Below are positions 50,433 to 60,781 of a stretch of 64,000 nucleotides of DNA, piece after piece. Made by a program: the position numbers and the translations under genes. This stretch comes from an uncultured Halobacteriales archaeon. GTDB taxonomy: Archaea > Halobacteriota > Halobacteria > Halobacteriales > Hikarchaeaceae. Numbering within the stretch: position 1 is the stretch's first letter; each line of letters begins with the position of its first letter. Location: NCBI GenBank assembly GCA_964597855.1, contig CAZQZO010000007.1, forward strand, positions 3,094-67,093, given 5' to 3'. The notes beneath the pieces were generated by a model. It was not told the origin of the DNA and made no database searches. It saw only the letters and a list, made by a program, of their open reading frames with translations.

Positions 50433-50999
50433 TTATGCCCCTATCTTGTGAAAATCTCTATACATTGCAATTTCTAACCAGGGACATAAATCCAATTGGC
50501 GATAGTGCATCGGATTGAGCTGCATATCCTCATAATCTACCCATAATATTCCTGCTATTTCTTCTGGATCTGGATTCACTTTTGTATCTACTAACGTAGC
50601 CTCCAACACTGTGCAAACCTCCCATTCCAACCCCGCATTCATGTAATAACTTTTATATTCAAACCTATCTGTCACTGTTAAATTTTCGTATTGGCTCGGC
50701 TTGACTCCTAACTCAACCTCTAGACGGTTTTGTGTTGCTTCCACTTGACTTTCATCTGGTTTAGGATGTGATGCAACAGTCCCGTCCCAGTATCCTCCCC
50801 ATAATCTCTTTGATGGACTTCTCTGAGCTAGCATTAATCTCCGCTGCTCATCGAACAGAAGGCATGTAAAAGCGCGATGACGTATACCATCACCCGTGTG
50901 GGCTTCTAATCGATCTACAACCTGTTGTTCCACATCATTCGAATCAACCGCTACAACATTTTGTTTAGCTCCTTGAACTTCATTCTCTTCTCGACTCAT
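50433..50999 (-). CDS. NUDIX-fold, type-1 isopentenyl-diphosphate isomerase-like protein
   Basis: H...G.RHRAF, QR...K.LWGGYWDGTVASHP, EWEVC, PDPEEI. Confidence 0.8.
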   Translation of the reverse strand: MSREENEVQGAKQNVVAVDSNDVEQQVVDRLEAHTGDGIRHRAFTCLLFDEQRRLMLAQRSPSKRLWGGYWDGTVASHPKPDESQVEATQNRLEVELGVKPSQYENLTVTDRFEYKSYYMNAGLEWEVCTVLEATLVDTKVNPDPEEIAGILWVDYEDMQLNPMHYRQLDLCPWLEIAMYRDFHKIGA

Positions 51000-51076
51000 A
51001 TATGCATTAAAGACTACATACTTGATACATTCTTCGAAATCTAAAGGAATTTATCTTTCCCCCCAATTCTAACTAT

Positions 51077-51089
51077 AAAACCTTATGAA
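51077..51089 (+). promoter_or_regulatory. Probable BRE/TATA promoter of carA
   Basis: AAAACCTTATGAA; CTTATG lies 27-32 nt upstream of the ATG at 51114. Confidence 0.5.
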
Positions 51090-51113
51090 GTCTCCTCTCT
51101 TCTCATTACTATA

Positions 51114-52145
51114 ATGGCTGACGCTTTTCTAGCTTTGGAGACTGGAGCTGTAGTAAAAGCACGCTCTAGATCTCCCGGATTGGCACGAGGAGAGCTTGTT
51201 TTCACCACTTCTTATGCAGGATATGAAGAAAGTTTAACGGACCCCTCCTATGAGGAACAAATTCTCACTTTTGCCTATCCATTGATTGGAAATTACGGGG
51301 TAAATCTCAATAGACTTGAATCTAGCAGAATTCACCCCCGTGCAATAATAGCACGACAGCTCACCGATTCGATTTCGGAGTGGCTATCTACAGAATCTAT
51401 CCCTGCGATCGATACACTTGACACCCGAGAACTTGTTATGGCCATCAGAGATCACGGTGCAATGCGGTGTGGAATTTCTTCTGGTAAAGACGCAACACCC
51501 GAATCGGCAATTGAAGAATTAGAACACTGCCCCTCTATGGACGATCACTCTGATATAGGTTCTTTAGTCAGCGTAAAAAAACCAGTTATTCACCCTGGCA
51601 CTGGTCCACATATATGTCTAATCGATTGCGGTGTTAAGAAATCAATTATTGATTCATTTATAAAACGCAATGTACATCTCACGATTCTCCCCTATGACAC
51701 AACCATAGCTACAGTTCGCGAAGCCGACCCGGATCTTCTTTTTATCTCAAATGGTCCTGGAAATCCCGAACACTTTACAGATGCAATTTCACTCGTAAAT
51801 GAGTTCTCTGGAGGTCTCCCCATTGCTGGAATCTGTCTTGGGCAACAGATAATTGCATTAGCCCTCGGAGGGACCACCGAAAAAATGAGATTTGGGCACC
51901 GTGGTGTTAATCAACCCGTTTTAGACCTTCCAACCAACAAAGTGGTAATGACTACTCAAAACCACGGATATACAGTTTCTGATCCTGGAGAACTCATAGT
52001 TTCTCAACTCAATGTTAATGATGATACTATCGAAGGCCTTGCAAACTCTGATCTCTCTATTCTAACACGGCAATACCACCCAGAAGCCCACCCCGGGCCT
52101 CATGACACCCTAAACTTTTTCGATGATGTCCTTTCTCTAATCTAA
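51114..52145 (+). CDS. carA: Carbamoyl-phosphate synthase small subunit
   Basis: GELVFTT...GY.E.LTDPSY, SNGPG.P, GICLGQQ, QYHPE..PGP. Confidence 0.97.
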   Translation: MADAFLALETGAVVKARSRSPGLARGELVFTTSYAGYEESLTDPSYEEQILTFAYPLIGNYGVNLNRLESSRIHPRAIIARQLTDSISEWLSTESIPAIDTLDTRELVMAIRDHGAMRCGISSGKDATPESAIEELEHCPSMDDHSDIGSLVSVKKPVIHPGTGPHICLIDCGVKKSIIDSFIKRNVHLTILPYDTTIATVREADPDLLFISNGPGNPEHFTDAISLVNEFSGGLPIAGICLGQQIIALALGGTTEKMRFGHRGVNQPVLDLPTNKVVMTTQNHGYTVSDPGELIVSQLNVNDDTIEGLANSDLSILTRQYHPEAHPGPHDTLNFFDDVLSLI

Positions 52146-52226
52146 CCAAAACAATTTATCCACGTCTTCTATTCCTATTCATTCGTATCGGTGCCTTTAT
52201 GGGACTTGATTTCCGATATTTGTTAT

Positions 52227-52928
52227 ATGCTTCGGCGGCATTTCATTCAATTTGCTACCGGCTCTCTTGCTCTACTTTCTACCTCTTCGGTTGCAATGGC
52301 TGCAGAGGACTCTTCCTCCGCTCCTCAAACACATATAGTCGCCATGACTGACGATATGATCTATGACCCTGAAGTAATTACCATTGCACCAGGTGATACA
52401 GTACGATGGTTGAATATCGGTAAAATGGGGCATTCTGTATCTGCATATGAAAATGAATTGCCCGAAGGCGCATCCTATTGGGCATCGGGGGATTTTTCCT
52501 CTGAAAGTGAAGCAAGAAGTAAGTATCCCATTGGAGACATTCCTGGTGGGGATTCTTATTCCCACACGTTTGAACTAGAGGGCGAGTATGGCTATTTTTG
52601 CATCCCTCATGAAACTATTCAAATGATTGGAAAAGTAGTAGTCCAAGAAGGAGGGGCATCTATTGCGACTGGTGGTTCTTCAACGGGAGAAACTTCCGAT
52701 CAGTTTGGTAGTAATCTCCCCGGAGGCTCCGTAGGTGGAGCTTTCGCAGCAGTTGGGATTCTGCTAACTGGACTGACTGTATTCCTAGTCTTCGCGAGCG
52801 ATCTATATTCTTTTATCATGGGTGACCCCGAAACTGGACCAAAGAGTGCTAGAATCGCCGTTTTCTTTGCAGGGCTCGCAGGGCTGTTACTATTATTATT
52901 CATGATAGGGACATTGATCTTATCTTGA
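52227..52928 (+). CDS. Tat-exported halocyanin/plastocyanin-like blue copper protein with C-terminal TM hairpin
   Basis: MLRRHF Tat signal from ATG 52227; GHSV and YFCIPHETIQM give H/C/H/M type-1 Cu ligands; two hydrophobic C-terminal helices. Confidence 0.88.
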   Translation: MLRRHFIQFATGSLALLSTSSVAMAAEDSSSAPQTHIVAMTDDMIYDPEVITIAPGDTVRWLNIGKMGHSVSAYENELPEGASYWASGDFSSESEARSKYPIGDIPGGDSYSHTFELEGEYGYFCIPHETIQMIGKVVVQEGGASIATGGSSTGETSDQFGSNLPGGSVGGAFAAVGILLTGLTVFLVFASDLYSFIMGDPETGPKSARIAVFFAGLAGLLLLLFMIGTLILS

Positions 52929-52937
52929 ATTTTATTT

Positions 52938-55900
52938 TCAATCAAGTCCCCATCGAGCCTGTATTTTCTTTCTGTCTCCCACCGCTTCTACGCAATTACT
53001 TTCTCCCTCTGATTTAATTGCCTCTATCGCAGCTTCGGCGCTAGAGCACGTTGAAAAATACGTAATCACTTCCTCCACTGCAATCTCTAATATTCGACGA
53101 TCTCTTGAAATTATTATGTCAATTTCTTTGTTAGCAATAGCCTCCCTCATGCTCTTTTCATCATCAAAATACCTTATTTGGAAGAATTCCTCTAAACTTT
53201 CAATTAGTTCTTTCCCCCGGTCACTTTCTGGATCTGGGAATTCCGCACTATCCAAATCCACTATTGCATTACCCGATATGGGGATCGGTTTCCCTATTGC
53301 AACTTGTGCTTTTGCATATGATTTCCCAAATGAATCTGATGTACTCATTATCTCTCCCGTAGATTTCATTTCAGGCCCAAGGCATGGGTCTACTCCCGGC
53401 AAACGACTAAACGGTAAAACAACTTCTTTCACACTCACTTGCACTGGAATTTGTTCTTTTACTCCCACTTCTTTCAAGGTTTTACCTGACATAACTTTGG
53501 CGGCAACCTTTGCAATAGGGACACCTGTCGCCTTTGATACAAATGGGACAGTTCTCGATGCACGCGGATTGGCTTCCAATACATATATCTCTCCATTTTT
53601 TATGGCGAGTTGTATATTCAACAATCCCACTATTTTCAATGCTTGGGCAATTTTCTCCGTTATTTCTCTCACCTCTCTAAGGGTTTCCTTATCTAGATTT
53701 ACTGGTGGTATCATGCAAGCAGAGTCCCCCGAATGAACCCCTGCTGATTCAACGTGCTCCATTATGCCTCCAATAAGTATTTCTGTTCCATCTGACACGG
53801 CGTCCACATCTAGTTCAATAGCATTTGAGAGAAATTGATCAATTAACACGGCGTTATCTGGACTTACTCTAACCGCTTCTTTTAGATATTTTTTCAATTC
53901 TGTGTCATTTTCTACTATTTGCATGGCTCTTCCTCCCAGTACATATGAGGGGCGCATTAATACTGGATATCCAATCGTGTTGGCAAGTACTAGGGCACCC
54001 TCTTCATCAGTCGCCTTTCCGCCCACCGGTTGAAGTACCTCTAAACTTCCCATAAGGTTGTTGAATCTGTCTCTATCTTCTGCCAAATCTATAGAATCGA
54101 CCGAAGTTCCCATTATCTTGCAATCTATTTCTCTCCGCTCAATTTCTCTTTGAAGCGGTCCTGCAATATTCACCGAGGTTTGTCCTCCAAATTGAAGCAT
54201 TACTCCTTTAGAACCTGTGGCTTCAATCACATCTGCAACTTCTTCTGCAGTGATTGGCTCAAAAAATAACCCATCTGATGTATCATAATCTGTGGAAACA
54301 GTCTCTGGATTGTTGTTGACTACGTGCGTTTCTATTCCCTCCTCTCGTAAAGATTGAATTGCATGAACCGCACAATAATCAAACTCTACACCCTGTCCAA
54401 TCCGAATTGGACCACCTCCCACTACCACTATGCTCTCTGCTTCTTGATTCACTCGAAGTTCTCCTGCAGCAGCATCCCCTTCATATGGTCCACTAAACCA
54501 TTCTGGTTTTCTAGAAGAGTAATAATAAGGCGTGGTCGCTCTAAACTCCCCTGCACATGTGTCAACCTGTTTATATGTTCTACCTGGGACAACTTTTTCT
54601 ATCGAATCAATATCCCACCTTTTTCCTTGCACTTTATTCCATTCTGATTCTACCGGTAACCATGAACTTTGAACATCTGAATACTCCCCGGTTGCTATGG
54701 CTTGAATTTCATGATTTGTAAATCCCATTGTTGCTGTTTCTACAATCGAATTTTCCATTTCCAATTTTGCAGAGTTACTAATCCGGGCATATCTCTCCAC
54801 GTACCACTTATGTATCCCTGTTACTTCTGAAACTTTGTCTATGGAATGTCCTCTATAGAGTGCTTCGAGCATAGCATATAAACGATCAGGAGTTGCTCTT
54901 TTCAAGTACTCTTCTATGAGTTCTTCATCCTCAACAGTATCCCAATCCACGGCAGGCTTGTATTCACTTGATCTCATGGCTTTCATTAATGATTCCTCAA
55001 ATGTTCTTCCAATTGCCATGGTCTCTCCTGTTGACTTCATCGCAGTGGTCAGCTCAAACTCCACTTCTGGGAATTTATTCTTGGGCCATCGGGGTATTTT
55101 AGTAACAATGTAATCTATGGCTGGTTCGAAAGCGGCACTAGTTTCCCCAGTAATTTCATTTTTAATTTCATGTAAACATTTTCCCAATGCCACTTTTGCA
55201 GTAACTCTTGCTATCGGATACCCCGTCGCCTTAGAAGCTAATGCGGACGATCTTGATACTCTTGGATTGACTTCTACAATACGATATTGTCCCTCTTCGG
55301 TTCCATTATCTCTCCAAGCAAATTGAATATTACAACCCCCTTGTACTCCCAACTCTCTAATAATCTCCAAAGCAGAGTTTCGCATCGCCTGATGAGCTAC
55401 ATCCGGTATGACTTGAGACGGGGTTACTACAATAGATTCTCCTGTATGTATCCCCATCGGATCAATGTTTTCCATGTTACAAATAATAATACATGAATCA
55501 GATGCATCACGCATGACTTCATACTCCATTTCAATCCACCCAACCAACGATTCTGTAATCTGAACCTCCGAATTCCGTGACAATTGCAAACCTCTGTGTA
55601 CCCATTCGATAAGAGTGTCCATATCTTCGATAACTCCCGAACCACTCCCCCCTAGCGTATATGCAGTTCTCAAAATAACTGGAAGCCCTCCTACTTTTTC
55701 CACTGCATTTTCTACTTCTTCTAAAGATCTGATTTTCTCTGATTTTGGAACTGGCTGTCCTATTTTTTCCATTCGCGCACCAAACAAATCTCTATCTTCT
55801 GTTGCATAGATAGTATCTAGTGGAGTTCCCATAATCTCAACCCCGTATTTCTCTAATACTCCCCTTTCTGCCAATTCTGCTGTTACATTCAATCCCGTCT

Positions 55901-56168
55901 GTCCCCCCAACCCGGCAATTACTCCGTCAGGACATTCTTTCTTAATAATTTCCTCAATGATCTCTGCAGTAATAGGTTCGATATAGACTTTATCCGCCAT
56001 CTCTGGATCTGTCATAATTGTTGCTGGATTCGAGTTCACCAGGACAACTCTTATTCCTTCCTCTGCCAAAGCACGACAAGCTTGGGCACCCGAATAATCA
56101 AATTCTGCAGCTTGTCCTATCTGGATAGGGCCACTACCTATCAAGAGGACAGTTTTTCCTTTTTTCAT
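52938..56168 (-). CDS. carB: Carbamoyl-phosphate synthase large subunit
   Basis: GSGPIQIGQAAEFDYSG, duplicated ATP-grasp, GVHSGDS, NPRASRTVPF. Confidence 0.98.
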   Translation of the reverse strand: MKKGKTVLLIGSGPIQIGQAAEFDYSGAQACRALAEEGIRVVLVNSNPATIMTDPEMADKVYIEPITAEIIEEIIKKECPDGVIAGLGGQTGLNVTAELAERGVLEKYGVEIMGTPLDTIYATEDRDLFGARMEKIGQPVPKSEKIRSLEEVENAVEKVGGLPVILRTAYTLGGSGSGVIEDMDTLIEWVHRGLQLSRNSEVQITESLVGWIEMEYEVMRDASDSCIIICNMENIDPMGIHTGESIVVTPSQVIPDVAHQAMRNSALEIIRELGVQGGCNIQFAWRDNGTEEGQYRIVEVNPRVSRSSALASKATGYPIARVTAKVALGKCLHEIKNEITGETSAAFEPAIDYIVTKIPRWPKNKFPEVEFELTTAMKSTGETMAIGRTFEESLMKAMRSSEYKPAVDWDTVEDEELIEEYLKRATPDRLYAMLEALYRGHSIDKVSEVTGIHKWYVERYARISNSAKLEMENSIVETATMGFTNHEIQAIATGEYSDVQSSWLPVESEWNKVQGKRWDIDSIEKVVPGRTYKQVDTCAGEFRATTPYYYSSRKPEWFSGPYEGDAAAGELRVNQEAESIVVVGGGPIRIGQGVEFDYCAVHAIQSLREEGIETHVVNNNPETVSTDYDTSDGLFFEPITAEEVADVIEATGSKGVMLQFGGQTSVNIAGPLQREIERREIDCKIMGTSVDSIDLAEDRDRFNNLMGSLEVLQPVGGKATDEEGALVLANTIGYPVLMRPSYVLGGRAMQIVENDTELKKYLKEAVRVSPDNAVLIDQFLSNAIELDVDAVSDGTEILIGGIMEHVESAGVHSGDSACMIPPVNLDKETLREVREITEKIAQALKIVGLLNIQLAIKNGEIYVLEANPRASRTVPFVSKATGVPIAKVAAKVMSGKTLKEVGVKEQIPVQVSVKEVVLPFSRLPGVDPCLGPEMKSTGEIMSTSDSFGKSYAKAQVAIGKPIPISGNAIVDLDSAEFPDPESDRGKELIESLEEFFQIRYFDDEKSMREAIANKEIDIIISRDRRILEIAVEEVITYFSTCSSAEAAIEAIKSEGESNCVEAVGDRKKIQARWGLD

Positions 56169-56237
56169 CTTCCCTGTCCGATTTGGTCCATACTCATTAA
56201 TAAGGTCGACGATATTGAGAGGAGACCTTTATATTCT

Positions 56238-56753
56238 CTAAATGTACTCCTCTGCGTAATCTTCTGGATCCAAATCTCTCTCTGCACGATATTCTTTCAC
56301 AAACTCTGTAATATCAAAAAGTGACATCTGCTTTTCGAAATTGCTCATAGCATTTTTATCATTCGAATGACTCATAGCATGTTCCATTATCTCTATCACT
56401 AATTCTACTACTATCTCATGCAGTCTCCAGGCGTTAAAAGTTGAAATCCAGAGTCCAGAATAGCCAAGATATCCATCTTCACTAGCATCAAAAAAAACTA
56501 CTTCTTCTGAGAAATCTTCCATTACCAACCCCATCAAATGAGTCATTCCAAATTCTCCCCATTTTTCCGAATCTGCAACTTCTATTATTTCTTCAAGTGA
56601 ATTTACTAAAAATTCGGGCAAAAACCGAGTTAATGGATTGATATCTGTTACTACAGCATGCATCTCTCCACATTCGCACTTCAATTCCCTCATCCCCAAA
56701 TCAATCCTATGTGACTCAATTGAGACGCCACAAGGAAGCAAGACCTCATTCAT
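56238..56753 (-). CDS. Conserved hypothetical protein of haloarchaeal type (possible Cys metal site)
   Basis: LPCG..IDLGMRE..CECGEMHAVV pattern; acidic. Confidence 0.75.
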   Translation of the reverse strand: MNEVLLPCGVSIESHRIDLGMRELKCECGEMHAVVTDINPLTRFLPEFLVNSLEEIIEVADSEKWGEFGMTHLMGLVMEDFSEEVVFFDASEDGYLGYSGLWISTFNAWRLHEIVVELVIEIMEHAMSHSNDKNAMSNFEKQMSLFDITEFVKEYRAERDLDPEDYAEEYI

Positions 56754-56765
56754 ATGTATATCTCT

Positions 56766-57182
56766 TCAAGGCCAATTTTCACGTCTATCTTCTCCCATTT
56801 CAACCGTTTCGTGTTCTGTATTTTCTCCAAGTTCCCACCCTGCCTTTTCGGCGGCATCTGAAATATGTAGGTATTCCCATCCCGTCTCTTTTGCCATTTT
56901 TATATCTTCCTCCCCTGTTCCTATCAACACGTGACGATCTGTATCAAAATGATATTTAACACTTTTTAAACTTTCAAATTTCCCTTTAGGCCCTGAAAAA
57001 AAATCCTGCCTGATCCTTTTTTTCCTCGTGTAGTTAGTTACAACATATGTTGGTTCATCTGTGATGACTCCTACATATTTACTCCAAGCACGAGCACCTT
57101 CAAACACCTCTTTAGGAGATGTTAATTCTTTTAAAGCGGATAGTTCGAATGCAAGGGTCATCGTACCTTGGGAATTACTCAT
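56766..57182 (-). CDS. Conserved hypothetical protein of haloarchaeal type
   Basis: MTLAFEL.AL...AR.WS.YVGV...RQDFFSGP...TDRHVLIG...GWEYL. Confidence 0.8.
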   Translation of the reverse strand: MSNSQGTMTLAFELSALKELTSPKEVFEGARAWSKYVGVITDEPTYVVTNYTRKKRIRQDFFSGPKGKFESLKSVKYHFDTDRHVLIGTGEEDIKMAKETGWEYLHISDAAEKAGWELGENTEHETVEMGEDRRENWP

Positions 57183-57231
57183 ATTTGCACTTTGAACAAT
57201 TCAAATTGAAAACACCTTCGATATAGTTCGA

Positions 57232-58467
57232 CTATGTTTTTTTTATAACTATCTTCTCCAAATCAATTTTTTTGTCTAATATGGACATTTCTTGATCAAC
57301 CCGTTCTACTTTCTCCCTTATTATTTTTTTGTATCTACTTTGTGAAGACACATCCCCAATCAAAACTCCTCCAATCAATCTCCCTTGCTTAAATGCCAAA
57401 CGGCGCCATTCATTTCCACCGTATTTTTTTTCAAGAAATTTTTCTCCCTTTGTAGGATGACCAAATGAAATAATTGGATACTCGAAGTGCGTTATGGAGT
57501 ACGATGGAATCCATTCAAATTTCTTGTAGCCATTTCCATTGACCATATTTTCTCCCGCAACCATTCCTTGTTTTTTGGCACTTCCCCACGATCCGTTTTG
57601 CATTTCTTCCCCTATAATAACATCGTGATATCTTGCAATATCTCCTGCAGCATATATCCCCTCGACACCTGTAAACATATGTTCATCTACAACTATCCCA
57701 TTTCTGTATTCTATATCTGTGTTCTGTACTAATTCTATATTGTAGTCTAAACCAACTGCTACTCCTACAAAATCTGCTTCATGTCGTTCTCCGTCTGTTG
57801 TCACTACCGCCTGGACTTTCCCTCTTCTTTCCTCAAAACATTCGATTTCTTTATTAAACACCGGAAGTACATTTCTATCCCTCAGTGATTTATGAATTAT
57901 CTCCCCTCCAATCTTTGAAAGTGCATTTCTCCACCACACATCTCCCCTCATAATATATTTACTGTCGACTCCATGTGCTCCGCAAATGGCGGCCAAATCA
58001 ATCCCCAATAATCCTGCTCCTATGACTGCCCCAAAACTCGCGGTTTCTGCATGATTTCTAATCCCGATCGTGTCTTTCATGGTCCAAAAATGGTGTATAC
58101 CTTCTGCACCACTGTTTGGGACGTTTAACTCCCGCGGAGTTCCACCCGTCGCAACTAATACTTGATCATATTTCTGGTGGCTACCTGTATTCCATTCTAT
58201 AATTTTATTTTCCGAATCAATCCTGGTTACTTGGGCGTTCAACATAATATCAATCCCCCGATTCAGATACCAATCCTCATCGCGAATATCAACTGAATTT
58301 TGATTCAATTTACCCTTTGCAAATTCTTTTAGTAATATTCTATTATACAATGCTTTTCCTTCTTCTGTAAACACGATTACTTCTGATTTGGGATCTCTTT
58401 CTTTAATGACACTAGCAGCCGCGTCACCAGCCACGCCATTTCCCACAATACAATATACTTTTGCCAT
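57232..58467 (-). CDS. FAD/NAD(P) oxidoreductase (ferredoxin/rubredoxin reductase-like)
   Basis: VGNGVAG, ATGGTP, IGAGLLG, YAAGD motifs. Confidence 0.9.
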   Translation of the reverse strand: MAKVYCIVGNGVAGDAAASVIKERDPKSEVIVFTEEGKALYNRILLKEFAKGKLNQNSVDIRDEDWYLNRGIDIMLNAQVTRIDSENKIIEWNTGSHQKYDQVLVATGGTPRELNVPNSGAEGIHHFWTMKDTIGIRNHAETASFGAVIGAGLLGIDLAAICGAHGVDSKYIMRGDVWWRNALSKIGGEIIHKSLRDRNVLPVFNKEIECFEERRGKVQAVVTTDGERHEADFVGVAVGLDYNIELVQNTDIEYRNGIVVDEHMFTGVEGIYAAGDIARYHDVIIGEEMQNGSWGSAKKQGMVAGENMVNGNGYKKFEWIPSYSITHFEYPIISFGHPTKGEKFLEKKYGGNEWRRLAFKQGRLIGGVLIGDVSSQSRYKKIIREKVERVDQEMSILDKKIDLEKIVIKKT

Positions 58468-58478
58468 TTTTCTATATA

Positions 58479-59798
58479 TTATTTATTTCTCCGTTCTACT
58501 ATTAGGGATGCACACGCGTACCCTGCCTCTATTGCTCCATTTAAACTCCTCTCTGGATATTGCGCTTTACTAGCCATGCCCGCATAGTATATCCCTTCTC
58601 CCACTTCTTCAGAAATATCATAAGGGACAATTTTATCCACATACCCCATCTCATATATCGGGGCAGTTAGTGGATTTCTCGAAACTTTAAACCAGTTGAT
58701 TTTTTGCCTATCGAAACCCGGAATCAGTTCTTCAACCCCCTCTACCCAATACTCTTCAATTTCTTCGTCTGTCATTTTCCATATTGATTCTTCAAAATCT
58801 TGAATGTAACTTACCATATAAGTCAAATGCTCTCCTCCATACCTCTCCGGATGTATAAAGTTTGTATGCTCGATGATCGCCCCAAAACGAGATTCATCTG
58901 ATATATTTAACCAATAGGTTTCAGTTATTTTTTCGGAATAACTCATAAGCGCACACACGGCACCTTGAAATTGAATTGGACATTTATATCCTGTAAGATT
59001 CTCTAGAACACTAGGCATAGTGGCCACAATTACTGCATCAACATTTTCTCTCACCTTTCCATTCTTGGTATTAATTACCATTGACTCCACTCTTCCATTT
59101 TCAACAATTATCTCTTCTACAAATGCTCCTGTAATTATGTTTTCTTGTCCGATTTCTCCAATGAGCGTGTCAATAAGTTCAACAAATCCTCCGTTTATAT
59201 ATCCTAAAACTTCTCCTTTTAGAAAATCCCTTTGACCTCTGAATTTTATTCGTCCCAATAACCACGCAGCACTAACTCGATGTTTATGCTCACCAAATTT
59301 TGCCTCTAGTAGCGGTGTGACAAACTTATCAAATATATTGTTTGTTGTATGTTCTCGAACAAAATCTTCCACTGGTGTATGTTCAAAATCTTCCAGATTC
59401 TGATAAGCACCAATTCTAGGAAAAATCCCCCTTGAATCTACCCCCAGTGTAAGAAGTGTCAAACGCATTTTATCATATATAGTCAAATGCGGATATCTCA
59501 ATATTTCCCACGGCGTGTCCAAAGGAAATACCTCTCCATCAATATAATATGCATTTTTCCCAATTTTCCACTCAACTTTATCTCCTATTCCCAATTCCTC
59601 TGCCAACTCCACTATCGTTTCTTCCGATTTTGATAGGTGATGATAAAATTTCTCAATCGAATCTCCTTCCGTATCGTAAGAAGCAGCCAATCCACCTAGC
59701 TCTTCTTCTCCCTCAAATATCCGCACTTGATATCCTTTTTGCTGTAGATAATAAGCAGCGGAAAGACCAGCAAGACCACCTCCTATGATTCCAATCAT
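58479..59798 (-). CDS. FAD-dependent oxidoreductase (amine oxidase/protoporphyrinogen oxidase-like fold)
   Basis: IIGGGLAGL.AAY.L...E...GG dinucleotide-binding motif; YPERSLNG. Confidence 0.85.
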   Translation of the reverse strand: MIGIIGGGLAGLSAAYYLQQKGYQVRIFEGEEELGGLAASYDTEGDSIEKFYHHLSKSEETIVELAEELGIGDKVEWKIGKNAYYIDGEVFPLDTPWEILRYPHLTIYDKMRLTLLTLGVDSRGIFPRIGAYQNLEDFEHTPVEDFVREHTTNNIFDKFVTPLLEAKFGEHKHRVSAAWLLGRIKFRGQRDFLKGEVLGYINGGFVELIDTLIGEIGQENIITGAFVEEIIVENGRVESMVINTKNGKVRENVDAVIVATMPSVLENLTGYKCPIQFQGAVCALMSYSEKITETYWLNISDESRFGAIIEHTNFIHPERYGGEHLTYMVSYIQDFEESIWKMTDEEIEEYWVEGVEELIPGFDRQKINWFKVSRNPLTAPIYEMGYVDKIVPYDISEEVGEGIYYAGMASKAQYPERSLNGAIEAGYACASLIVERRNK

Positions 59799-59888
59799 TA
59801 TTTCTACTTAGTTCTACACCGGAAAGAACTTTTTTGAATCATATTGATACAGCGGTAGGTTTTCATTCCCCTAAGAAATATAGTTTCT

Positions 59889-60770
59889 ATGGTTACTGTC
59901 CGGGCCCCTGCTACTGTAGCAAACCTTGGCAGTGGTTTCGACGTTTTTGGCATCGCACTTAGTCACCCCGCCGATATAATTCATGTTGAACCTGCAGAAG
60001 AAACCACGATAACCGTTACTGGAGCTGGAAGTCAATATATTCCTGTTAATCCAAAAAAGAATACTGCAGGGGTAGTAGCAGAAGCCCTAGATGCCCCCGC
60101 GACGATTACAATTGATAAAGGAATTCGACCAGCTTCTGGACTTGGATCTTCTGCAGCCAGCGCAGCCGGAGCGGCAGTTGCTCTAAACGCTTTATATGAT
60201 AAGGGGCTTTCAAAAGAAGAACTTGTTTGGATGGCCGCAAAAGGAGAAGAAGCTGCATCTGGAGAGGCACACGCGGATAATGTTGCCCCTGCAATTCTTG
60301 GTGGATTCACGATTGTTAGCCAAGATAGGATTACTAACATAGATGCCCATCTCGACATTGTCGTGTGTCTCCCTGAAATTACCATATCTACCCGAAATGC
60401 CCGAGAAGTTTTGCCCAAATCACTTGATCTAGATTCTCATGTTCATACTGTCGGAAGTGCCGCAACGTTAACCGCGGGAATGTTAAAAAGTAACCCCGAA
60501 CTAGTGGGCCATGGATTGGCAGATTCTGTCGTAACTCCTGCTAGGACTAAACTTATAAAAGGATATGAATCAGTCCAAGCCGCAGCCATAGACTCTGGGG
60601 CAGTTGGAGTGACAGTTGGCGGCTCCGGTCCCACTATTCTTGCAATCCCAAAAAAAGGAAAAAGCCGCTCTGTGGCTTCAGCTATGGTGGATGCATTTTT
60701 CTCTCAGGGTATTCAATCTACCGCCTATCAAACTAGAATTGGCAACGGAGTCGAATTATACTTAGATTAA
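59889..60770 (+). CDS. thrB: Homoserine kinase
   Basis: PAT.ANLGSGFD, PASGLGSSAASA, HADNVAP, GGSGPT. Confidence 0.96.
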   Translation: MVTVRAPATVANLGSGFDVFGIALSHPADIIHVEPAEETTITVTGAGSQYIPVNPKKNTAGVVAEALDAPATITIDKGIRPASGLGSSAASAAGAAVALNALYDKGLSKEELVWMAAKGEEAASGEAHADNVAPAILGGFTIVSQDRITNIDAHLDIVVCLPEITISTRNAREVLPKSLDLDSHVHTVGSAATLTAGMLKSNPELVGHGLADSVVTPARTKLIKGYESVQAAAIDSGAVGVTVGGSGPTILAIPKKGKSRSVASAMVDAFFSQGIQSTAYQTRIGNGVELYLD

Positions 60771-60781
60771 AAAGGAGTTAA

